From Planctomycetota bacterium (GTDB taxonomy: Bacteria > Planctomycetota > UBA1135 > UBA2386), in the NCBI GenBank assembly GCA_965223545.1, contig OZ245006.1, forward strand, positions 5,792,001-5,856,000: a DNA stretch of 64,000 nt, read 5' to 3'. The notes under the pieces were generated by a model. The model made no database searches and had not been told where the DNA came from. It saw only the letters and a program-made list of their open reading frames with translations. Each line of letters begins with the position of its first letter. The first letter of the stretch is position 1. The translations under genes were made by a program, and so were the position numbers. Shown here piece by piece: positions 49,631 through 57,936 of the stretch.

Positions 49631-50898
49631 GGCAGTACCGCGGGAGCTTGGCCTGGGTGGTGTTGTGCGCCTCCGCGGGGCTCACCGTGTGGGCGGCCTG
49701 GTACTCCAACGGTCTGGCCGAAGCGCGCGAGCGCGACGCGCTGGAGCAGGTCGCGGCGCGGGTCAAGACCGCGATTCACGATCGTTACACCTTGTACGTC
49801 CAGCTGCTGCGCGGCACCGTCGGGCTGATGGACGCCAGCGAGGAGGTGACCCGCGAGGAGTTCCGCACCTACGTGCGGGCCCTGGACATCGGCGTGCATT
49901 GGTCCGGCATTCAGGGAGTCGGCTACTCGGTTCCTGTGGTTTCTTCGCAGCGGGCCGCGTTCGAGGAGTCGGTGCGGGCCGAGGGGTTTCCGGAGTTCGA
50001 GATTCGCCCGACCGGCGAGCGCGCGGAGTACTCGGCGATCGTGTTCTTGGAGCCGATGGACTGGAGGAATTTGCGCGCGTTCGGCTACGACATGTGGTCC
50101 AACAGCACGCGTCAGGTGGCGATGCAGCGGGCGCGGGACAGCGGCGAAGCGGCGATGACGGCGCGGGTCACCCTGGTGCAGGAGACCTTGCAGGACCGCC
50201 AGGCGGGGTTCCTGATCTACATCCCGGTCTACCGGGACGGTGGTGACCCGGGCAGCGTCGAGCGCCGGCAGCAGCAGTTCGTCGGTTGGGTCTACGCGCC
50301 GTTTCGCGCATCGGAGTTCATGCGCGAAGTGCTGGAGAGCGTCGGCACCGACGTCGTCATCGAAGTGTTCGATGGCGATCGCTGCGATCCCGAGCGTCTG
50401 ATGTTCGAGTGCGGCAGCGTGGGGGGCGAAACGGACCTCCGGCTCGCTTCCACCTCCGTCGACTTCGGCGCTGTGCGGTGGCACGCCCGCGTGGGAGCGC
50501 CGCGAGACCGTGGGATCGCGGCGCGCCCGATGGCGTGGGGCATCCTGTTCGGCGGCGGCCTGATCAACGGTCTGTTGTTCGCGGTGATCTGGGCGTTGAA
50601 GGGGATCAGCCGCCGCGCCCACCGGCTGGCGAACGTCATGACCAAGGAGCTGCAGGAGCTCAACGGTGCGCTCGAGGAGAAAGTGCGCGAGCGCACCGCC
50701 GACATCGAGCGCGCGCGGGAGAGGCTGGAGGACGCGGTCGACGAGCGCACGCGCGAGCTGGCGGCCAAGGTCGCCGAGCTCGAGTTGGCGACGCAAGTCA
50801 CCCTCAGCCGCGAAGACCGGGTCATCGAGCTCAAGCGCGAGATCAATCTGCTCTGCGAGGCAAGCGGTGAGGCGAAGCGATACGCAGAGTACCATTAG
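49627..50898 (+). CDS. CHASE-domain membrane sensor with no enzymatic output
   Basis: TM, GIQGVGY, EPMDWRNLRAFGYDM, VTLVQE, GWVYAPFR, TM, coiled coil, then stop. Confidence 0.88.
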   Translation: MRQYRGSLAWVVLCASAGLTVWAAWYSNGLAEARERDALEQVAARVKTAIHDRYTLYVQLLRGTVGLMDASEEVTREEFRTYVRALDIGVHWSGIQGVGYSVPVVSSQRAAFEESVRAEGFPEFEIRPTGERAEYSAIVFLEPMDWRNLRAFGYDMWSNSTRQVAMQRARDSGEAAMTARVTLVQETLQDRQAGFLIYIPVYRDGGDPGSVERRQQQFVGWVYAPFRASEFMREVLESVGTDVVIEVFDGDRCDPERLMFECGSVGGETDLRLASTSVDFGAVRWHARVGAPRDRGIAARPMAWGILFGGGLINGLLFAVIWALKGISRRAHRLANVMTKELQELNGALEEKVRERTADIERARERLEDAVDERTRELAAKVAELELATQVTLSREDRVIELKREINLLCEASGEAKRYAEYH

Positions 50899-52666
50899 CC
50901 ACCACCGCGCCCGACGGGACCGCTCCTGGCTGTGGGATGCAGCGGTGCTTGCCCTGCTCGGCCTGGTGCTGGCGAGCATCGTCAACACCGCGGGTGAAAC
51001 CCGGCGGCGCGAAGCGCGGCTCACCGAGGAGGTCGGCCGCCGTTGGCTGCACGAGGTGTTGGCCGAGCTGCTGCGCGTCGGCGCCGACCCGGTGAGCGCC
51101 GTCGGGCCCGGGGTCGCACAGCGTTCTCCGCAATCAAACGCCGGCGTCGCGGCGGGGTCGGTCGAGGCGCCGGGGTTGGCTTGGTCGGACACCATCGAGG
51201 TCGTCGCCGGCGAGCGCGGCAACACCGAGGTGCGCGCCGCGTGGTTGTTGTCGACCGCGCGGCCTCGGCTGACGTTGCGCGGCGTCGGGGTCGCCAGCGC
51301 CGAGCGAACGCAGGTCGTGGTCGACTTGATCGAGTACCTGACCCGGGCGGCTGCGGGGCTGGCGCCAGGGGTCTTCGATCTGCGCGTGCGCGCGGTGAAC
51401 GACGAGGTGCGGCTGCGCGTCGCGCGGCGCTACGGCGGCGATACCGAGGTGCGCGTGGTGGCGGCCGGTCCCGGCGCGCCGCCCGAGCACCGCGCGGCGA
51501 GGGTGCTGACCGCGGTTGGCGCGGAGTGGCAGATCATCACGGTGCCGCGCGGCTGGTCGCTGGTCGAGTGGGCTGCGCTGGTCGGCGTGCTCGTCGTCGC
51601 CGGGGCGTGCTTCGGCCTTGCGCGTCGCGGCGCCCGCAGGCGGCGTCGGCGAGAGCAGGCGTTGCGGCAGCAGACCGAGCGCGCCGAAGAGCTCGCCGCG
51701 GAGCGGGAGCAGCTCGTCTGCGAGCTCGCCGACACCGGCAATCGGCTGGAGCGCGTCTCGGCGCTGGCGGCGTCCCACGAACGGCACCGCCGCATCGCCT
51801 ACAGCCTGGCGGAGGACGCCCGGCACGCGCAGCTCCGGGCCGAACGCGCGGAGGTCGGTCTGCGGGAACAAGCCGAGCGATTGGCCCAGGCGAACCGGAA
51901 CAGCGCCGAGATTGCCTACGCGACCGCGCACTACATGCAGACGCCACTGCGCACGATGGTGCACTTCCTGGAGTTTGCAATGGCCGATCACGGCGCGCGC
52001 CTGGACGCCGGGGTCGTGCGGTTCCTGCAGCACGCCGTCGACGGCGGGCTGCGCATGAAGGCCATGCTCGACGGTGTGATGCGTTGCATGGAGGCGGCCG
52101 AGGGCAAGCCGCTCAGCGGTTGGGTCGACCTGCGCGCGATGTTCGTCGAGGAAGCCCAACGGCGTGGAGTGTGTGTATTGGACGGGCCGTGCGCGCCCGC
52201 GGTGTGGGCAGACGCCGGCTTGCTGCGGGTCCTGGTGCGCGAGCTGGTGGACAACAGCGTGCGGCACGCCGGGGTCGAGCCGCGGCTCCTCCAGCTGAGC
52301 GCCGAGTCCGACACGGCCGGGTGGAGGTTTCGCTTCAGCGACGCCGATGGTGAGCTGGTGGAGAGCGAAGACGGCGCCTCGCTGGTGGGCATGTTCCGGC
52401 AAGCCGACCGATCCGACGACCCCGGCTCCGTCGGGCTGGGACTGGCGCTGGCACGGCGGATCATGGAGGTCCACGGCGGTCGCCTCGTGTTCGCACCCGG
52501 CAAGCGCGGCGGCGGCTGTACGGTGCTGGCCTTCCCCGCTCCTGGCCGTCCGCTGCTCGCGTGCGAGGACCTCGCGCGCGCGGCGCTCCGCGGGCCTTTG
52601 GACCGTGCCGCGCGCGAACCGATGCTGGCCGGAGCGATGGCGAGCGGAGCAGGAGGCGTGCAATGA
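50867..52666 (+). CDS. Divergent membrane histidine kinase
   Basis: Two TM segments, AHYMQTPLR, ELVDNSVRH, atypical G1 (FSDADGE) and GLGLALARR. Start uncertain. Confidence 0.78.
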   Translation: MRRSDTQSTISHHRARRDRSWLWDAAVLALLGLVLASIVNTAGETRRREARLTEEVGRRWLHEVLAELLRVGADPVSAVGPGVAQRSPQSNAGVAAGSVEAPGLAWSDTIEVVAGERGNTEVRAAWLLSTARPRLTLRGVGVASAERTQVVVDLIEYLTRAAAGLAPGVFDLRVRAVNDEVRLRVARRYGGDTEVRVVAAGPGAPPEHRAARVLTAVGAEWQIITVPRGWSLVEWAALVGVLVVAGACFGLARRGARRRRRREQALRQQTERAEELAAEREQLVCELADTGNRLERVSALAASHERHRRIAYSLAEDARHAQLRAERAEVGLREQAERLAQANRNSAEIAYATAHYMQTPLRTMVHFLEFAMADHGARLDAGVVRFLQHAVDGGLRMKAMLDGVMRCMEAAEGKPLSGWVDLRAMFVEEAQRRGVCVLDGPCAPAVWADAGLLRVLVRELVDNSVRHAGVEPRLLQLSAESDTAGWRFRFSDADGELVESEDGASLVGMFRQADRSDDPGSVGLGLALARRIMEVHGGRLVFAPGKRGGGCTVLAFPAPGRPLLACEDLARAALRGPLDRAAREPMLAGAMASGAGGVQ

Positions 52667-54900
52667 CGCGCTGGGTGCGACTCGTCGGGTTGGCCGCGCT
52701 GTTTCCAGCCATGGCCTGGGCCGTGGCCCGCACGGTTCCGGAGCTGGGCTTGGCGGGGATCGCGCCCGCGGTCGGCGCGGCGATCGTCGCCCGCCTGTTG
52801 TGGGGCCGGCTGGTACTCGTCGCCGTCGCCGCCGGCGCGCTCCTCGCACAGCTGTGGTACTGGTCGTACGGGTTCGGGGACGACGCGCTGTTGGCGGTGT
52901 CGGCGGTGGCCCACGTTTGGTTGGGCGCGTGGGGTGTGCGTCGCTGGGTGCCGCGGCAGATGCTGCTCGAGGACGTCCGGGAGATCGGCGGATTCCTGGT
53001 CGCCGTGGGACCGTTCGCTTCGTTGATGCCGGCAGTGCTGTTGTCGGTGCCCGATGCGTTGACCGCCGACGCCGGACAAGCCGCGGTCGGGGGCGTGCTG
53101 CACTGGTTGGCGGCGAGCTGCGGGGCGACGTTGGGAGCCGCCGTCTGCCTCGTGTCGCTGGGGCGACCGCGGAGCGCTTGGCGCCGGCGGCGCGCGTCGA
53201 TCGTGGTGCCCTGTACGTTGGCGTTGGTGGCGTTTGCACACGTGCACGGCAGCCACGTTCGATCGCGGGCGGCAGTCGTGCTGCGGTCGGCGGCGCAGGA
53301 AGCCGAGCGGATCGCGAGCGAGGCCATCGAGAGATCGCTGCGGGTCGGCTGGGTCGGTGCGCAGGGCGTCGCGGTCGCGGATCGGCAGACCGCGGGTTGG
53401 TTCGAGGCGGCACTGGCGGCAGTCACCGTCGACGGTGTCGACGCCGGCGGAGGGCTCCTGATCGACGTGGCGCGCGACGACGCGGGCGCGCGCCGCTGGC
53501 GCTGTGCCGTCCGCAGCCAGTCCGTCGATGCGGGCACGGTGGACGCGTTGATGGCGAGCCCGCACTTGGCCGCGATCATCGGTAGCTGCATGCAAGCCGA
53601 CCCGGCGCAGCTGTGGATCCCGCGCGCCGCGGAGCTCGAGGGGTGGCGCGCCTGGTGGGTCGTGGCCCGCGTCCCCGCTGCCGGGGGCATTGTTTGGGGC
53701 GACGCGGCGCGGACAGATGGGCAAGTGCTGATCCGCGCGGTCATGCCGACCGTGGCCTTCGAGGAGGACACTGGGGTCGATCAGCTCGTGCTGCGACCCC
53801 GGGGGGCCGAGGGTGGTGCGGCGCCCGGCGAGTGGCGTTGGGACGGGAGCGATGGTCTGAGCTCCAGGGCTGCCGGCAGCCAGCTGGGGACCACGGTTTG
53901 GTTCGAGACCGGGCGGCAACGCTGGGCGCTCGACGTGCGCTGCCACGACCGCGGGTTGGCGTCGGCATCCCTGGCGATGTTCGCCTGCTTCTACGCGGTG
54001 GTCATGGCGCTGTGTGGGTTGCAGCTGCAGCTCTCCGGCCAGGCCAGCCAGATGTCGCGGGTCGCGAGGTCGCATGCCGAGATGCTCGACATCAAGTCCG
54101 CCGAGCTCAGCTTCACCAACGCCGAGCTGACCGAGACCGCGCGGCATCTGGTGGCGGTCAACCAAGAGCTGCAGCGCCGGGTCGAGGATCTGGATCAATT
54201 CGCGTACTTCGTCGGCCACGACCTGCAGGAGCCGATGCGCAAGCTGGTGTCCTTCAGCGAGCTGCTGCGCGAGGACCTGGGAGAGGATCTACCAAACGCT
54301 GCTGCGGACGACTTGCGCTACATCTGCGACGCGAGTCTGCGACTCCAGGGACTGGTGCAGCGGCTTCTACACCTGGCGCGGCTCGATTCGGCGCTGGAGC
54401 TGTGCGAAGTGCAGATCGGCGACTGCGTGTCGCAGAGTCTGTTGGCGCTCGAGGCTCGGATCGAGGAGTCCGGTGGCGTCGTCGAGGTCGACGGCGGGCA
54501 GTTGTGCGCGCAGGCGGACGCCACTCTGGTGACGCAAGTGCTGCAGAACCTGATCGGCAACGCCCTCAAGTTCCGGCGGCCCGACACGACCCCGCACGTC
54601 CTCGTCGAGATCACCCGCACCGGCGACGACATCGTCGCGGTGAAGGTCCACGACAACGGCATCGGTGTCGAGCCAGAAGACCGCGACAAGGTCTTCGACC
54701 TGGCGCGGCGCGGCTCGCGAGCCGGCGCTTACGCCGGGTCGGGGATCGGGTTGGCGTTCTGCAGGAAAGCCGTCGAGCGTCTCGGCGGCAGGCTGTGGGT
54801 GGAGTCGAGCAATCGACTGGGTGGGGCGTGTTTCGCGTTCGAGATCGGCGGTGCCGGTCAGGTGCTGGAGAAGCCATGGCCACTCGAGATACTGACTTAG
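52663..54900 (+). CDS. MASE1-like membrane sensor histidine kinase
   Basis: Multi-TM N-terminus, FAYFVGHDLQEPMRK, QNLIGNALKF, DNGIG and GSGIGL. Confidence 0.9.
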   Translation: MTRWVRLVGLAALFPAMAWAVARTVPELGLAGIAPAVGAAIVARLLWGRLVLVAVAAGALLAQLWYWSYGFGDDALLAVSAVAHVWLGAWGVRRWVPRQMLLEDVREIGGFLVAVGPFASLMPAVLLSVPDALTADAGQAAVGGVLHWLAASCGATLGAAVCLVSLGRPRSAWRRRRASIVVPCTLALVAFAHVHGSHVRSRAAVVLRSAAQEAERIASEAIERSLRVGWVGAQGVAVADRQTAGWFEAALAAVTVDGVDAGGGLLIDVARDDAGARRWRCAVRSQSVDAGTVDALMASPHLAAIIGSCMQADPAQLWIPRAAELEGWRAWWVVARVPAAGGIVWGDAARTDGQVLIRAVMPTVAFEEDTGVDQLVLRPRGAEGGAAPGEWRWDGSDGLSSRAAGSQLGTTVWFETGRQRWALDVRCHDRGLASASLAMFACFYAVVMALCGLQLQLSGQASQMSRVARSHAEMLDIKSAELSFTNAELTETARHLVAVNQELQRRVEDLDQFAYFVGHDLQEPMRKLVSFSELLREDLGEDLPNAAADDLRYICDASLRLQGLVQRLLHLARLDSALELCEVQIGDCVSQSLLALEARIEESGGVVEVDGGQLCAQADATLVTQVLQNLIGNALKFRRPDTTPHVLVEITRTGDDIVAVKVHDNGIGVEPEDRDKVFDLARRGSRAGAYAGSGIGLAFCRKAVERLGGRLWVESSNRLGGACFAFEIGGAGQVLEKPWPLEILT

Positions 54901-55316
54901 TCTGCCTCGTCGACGACGATCCCGGGGACCGGGAAATCATGAAGCGTTGTTTCAAACGCGCGCGTAGTGACGTCGACTTCGAAGCGTTCGAGGACGGGCC
55001 CGCGGCATTGAGCTATCTATCATGTGAACAGCTGTCTGCACACAATCCACAGGGCAGAATGCCGACGCTGTTGATTGTCGACCTGAACATGCCGGTAATG
55101 GACGGCTTCGAGGTCCTGCGGACGGTGCGCGCGGGCCCGCGAACGCACAGCCTGCCCGTCGTGGTGATGTCGACCTCGACCCGGCGGGAGGACGTCGAAC
55201 GCGCCTACGCAGCGGGGGCGAGTGCGTACCTGCGCAAGCCGGTTTCGATGACCGCGTGCGTGGAGTTGGTCGAGAAGCTGGCGAGCTTTTGGTTGGACGC
55301 TGGCGTGCTGCGCTGA
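54876..55316 (+). CDS. Single-domain response regulator (Rcp1-like)
   Basis: LVDDDPGD, VDLNMPVMDG, MSTS...DVERAY and YLRKP. Confidence 0.92.
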   Translation: MATRDTDLVCLVDDDPGDREIMKRCFKRARSDVDFEAFEDGPAALSYLSCEQLSAHNPQGRMPTLLIVDLNMPVMDGFEVLRTVRAGPRTHSLPVVVMSTSTRREDVERAYAAGASAYLRKPVSMTACVELVEKLASFWLDAGVLR

Positions 55317-55339
55317 CGGGGCTATGATCTGGCGCTGCG

Positions 55340-56407
55340 ATGCGCCCTCTCACGCGAGGTACTGGCGGGTTCCAAGCGCCGGCGGAACTTGTCTGGCGTG
55401 GCGGTGCGATCGCGGCGGCCATTCAGGATCACTTTGGCCTCGGCGGTGCTTCTGCTCGGGTCGGAGTCGATGATTGCCTGGCTGCGCTTTTTCGGCTTGG
55501 CCGCAAGAACGTTCTGTCTGCCGAAGAGAAGGTTGTTCTCAAGGCGCTGAAAGCCAAAGTCGAGAAGGAGTACAAGAGCGCCGGAACCTCACTGGTGGCG
55601 GAGTACGGCGCCTATTGCGCCTACTGCGAGGTGCCCCTGAGCGGATTGGTGGAGGTGGAGCACATCGTGCCAAAGACACACGCTCCGAAGTTTGCTCTCG
55701 AGTGGTCGAACTTCCTGCCGTCTTGCAGCGCTTGCAACACGCAAAAGTCTTCAGCACCGCATCCGAACGATGCGATGTCGTGGCCACCCGCGGTGACGGC
55801 GTTTGACCAAGACGACTACCGGAGGCGAGTACGGCGCCACTACTGGTGGCCGGACGTGGACAGCGTCGTTTTTCGCAGGCTGCCTCTGCGGCTCTACACC
55901 AGCTCCGATGACTGGACGACCTACCGGCGGGTGAAGCTTGCCGAGTCGGTCGAGACGAGCAATCAACTGATTTCGGTCGACACCCCGCGGCGTCAGGTGA
56001 TTGCCGACGTAGTGGTCGACGGTCGGTTCGAGCGGGGGGTTGCGGTGCGCGTTCTCGTTGATCCCGGCGATCAGGAGCGTGGCCAGCGCACGGTCGGCTT
56101 GCTTGGTCTCAACTCACCCGGGGGAAATTTGGCAAGCACCTACGACCGGCGTGTCCTGCAACGCACGGAGCGCTGGTTCGTAGCGGTTCAGCAGCTCGCT
56201 CATCTTCGGGCGGCTTCCGATGCGGCGGACTTCGGCGCGCGGTGGATCACGTTGTTGATGCTGGCGCAAGCTGCCGGTTTCTATTCGGTGTGGGTGACCG
56301 TCTTGCGGAATGCGGCGGATGTGTACGGCAGCGAGAAGTCGCTGGCGCACCGTTTCGTTGCCGGCGCAACCCAGTTTCCAGGGACCAATACAACCAATCT
56401 GCCCTGA
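55340..56407 (+). CDS. HNH endonuclease (Zn-finger type)
   Basis: YCAYCE...VEVEHIVPK...WSNFLPSCSACNTQK. Confidence 0.88.
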   Translation: MRPLTRGTGGFQAPAELVWRGGAIAAAIQDHFGLGGASARVGVDDCLAALFRLGRKNVLSAEEKVVLKALKAKVEKEYKSAGTSLVAEYGAYCAYCEVPLSGLVEVEHIVPKTHAPKFALEWSNFLPSCSACNTQKSSAPHPNDAMSWPPAVTAFDQDDYRRRVRRHYWWPDVDSVVFRRLPLRLYTSSDDWTTYRRVKLAESVETSNQLISVDTPRRQVIADVVVDGRFERGVAVRVLVDPGDQERGQRTVGLLGLNSPGGNLASTYDRRVLQRTERWFVAVQQLAHLRAASDAADFGARWITLLMLAQAAGFYSVWVTVLRNAADVYGSEKSLAHRFVAGATQFPGTNTTNLP

Positions 56408-56410
56408 GTC

Positions 56411-57256
56411 ATGCGACCTTTGCGCAAGCCCCCGCGCCCGCACGCAGACTTTTCGTTGAACGCGCAAGCCGTTCTGCTAGACCAGCTCGGCCCCTACTGC
56501 GCGTGTTGCGAGAGGCCGTTGCCCGAAGGGGCCGTGGTTTGGGACAGGCGTGGCAAGGCGATGAGCTCCACGGCGACGATCGATCGTGATGACTGGCCGT
56601 TCGTGCTCCACTTGTGTCGCAATTGTGCGGCTTGTCTGACGCGGGAGTCACCGCCGCAAGCTATGCTGCTGCCGGACCGGGACGACACATTCCATCTCTC
56701 GCAGGCATCACCGTTCGTCTACGAGCGAGTGCCAGTGCAGGTTCGGTTGAACCGCGGCCGGGAGCGTGCCATTTCCATGGTGGAAGAGCTCGTCGTCGTA
56801 CGGGGCGACGCGGCGGCGGCTGCGGAGACCGTGACCGCGTTCGCGTTGAACACACTCTGGTACGACGATGCGAACCGTGTGCTCGAGGTCGATCAGCATG
56901 ACCACGATGCCCTGATCGATGACCGCATGTTCGCGCGGACCCGGGCGTGGACGTTCGCGGAGCAAACAGTTGGGCTCTCGCTGGAAACAAGGGAGCACCA
57001 CGGCTGGCCGGAGGTGGCGATCGGAATTCGGGCAGCTGTCGCGGCAACCGGTTTCTGGTCGGTCTGGGCGACGGTCGCTTGGGAGCGCACGCAAGACCCG
57101 GCGTTCGTCCGGGAGATCCTGCAACCCGATGACTCCGATTGGCTGTGGGATCCCGATACCGGGTTGTCGGTCGAGCGCGTTGGTCGGAGCCGCTCGGTCG
57201 TGCGAGGAGCGGGTTTACACAACCCGTTTCCCGCCACAGCTCGGACGTGGTGGTAG
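56411..57256 (+). CDS. HNH endonuclease paralogue, catalytically degenerate
   Basis: YCACCE and LCRNC retained, but no EH motif or terminal Asn. C-terminal motifs are shared with the upstream gene. Confidence 0.75.
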   Translation: MRPLRKPPRPHADFSLNAQAVLLDQLGPYCACCERPLPEGAVVWDRRGKAMSSTATIDRDDWPFVLHLCRNCAACLTRESPPQAMLLPDRDDTFHLSQASPFVYERVPVQVRLNRGRERAISMVEELVVVRGDAAAAAETVTAFALNTLWYDDANRVLEVDQHDHDALIDDRMFARTRAWTFAEQTVGLSLETREHHGWPEVAIGIRAAVAATGFWSVWATVAWERTQDPAFVREILQPDDSDWLWDPDTGLSVERVGRSRSVVRGAGLHNPFPATARTWW

Positions 57257-57304
57257 GAATCCTGGCACGGCGCCGATAACGCCGTAGACGCCCTCGGCGT
57301 TGTT

Positions 57305-57805
57305 TCACGGCCGCCACCCCGCCGCGATCAACACCACGCGGACTCGCGCCTTACCCCGGCGCAGCCGCGCCTTGACCGTGCCCAGCGGCAGGCCGAGGTC
57401 GGACGCGATGGTGCGATGGCTTTGGCCGCGAAGCACGCTGGCTTCGACCACACGGCGCTCGTCACCGGTCAGCTCGGCGAGCGCCGCTTGGACGATCAGC
57501 ATGAGCTCGGCGCGCATCGCCACCGTGTCCGGGGCGGGCGTGCTCGGTCGGGGTTGGAGGTTGTCGATCGCGGCCTGATGGCGGTGGTGTTCGCGCGCGA
57601 TCCAACGCGCCTTGTGCCGCACGATCGCTCTCAGCCAGGGGCGGACTCGCCGGCGCGTGTCGAACCTCTCGGCTTGTCGCCACAGGTCCAACAGCGCCTC
57701 TTGCAGGACGTCGTCCGCGGCCGCGGCACAGCGTCCTGCTGCGCGACGCGCAGGCCCCTCGAGGCAGCGGCGCAGTTCCGTGATGCATAGATCGGACCGT
57801 TCCAC
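57305..57805 (-). CDS. ECF sigma factor (short, no adjacent anti-sigma)
   Basis: ADDVLQEALLDLW, FD....RPWL..I and LGLPLGTVKARLRRG. Start uncertain. Confidence 0.87.
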   Translation of the reverse strand: MERSDLCITELRRCLEGPARRAAGRCAAAADDVLQEALLDLWRQAERFDTRRRVRPWLRAIVRHKARWIAREHHRHQAAIDNLQPRPSTPAPDTVAMRAELMLIVQAALAELTGDERRVVEASVLRGQSHRTIASDLGLPLGTVKARLRRGKARVRVVLIAAGWRP

Positions 57806-57936
57806 ACACCACCGCGTCCGGCCGCCAGCGGCGGTTCTGAGAAATCCGACATCCGAACGCGTCGCCCGTGCAAACCGTTTGCGAAGTGGCGTTGGCCTCA
57901 GTCTGGCCACGCCGACGCAAGCTACCGGAGAACCCT

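Noticed and set aside
55340..57256. Calling the HNH pair Septu or a retron
   Set aside because: No ATPase, reverse transcriptase or ncRNA is adjacent.
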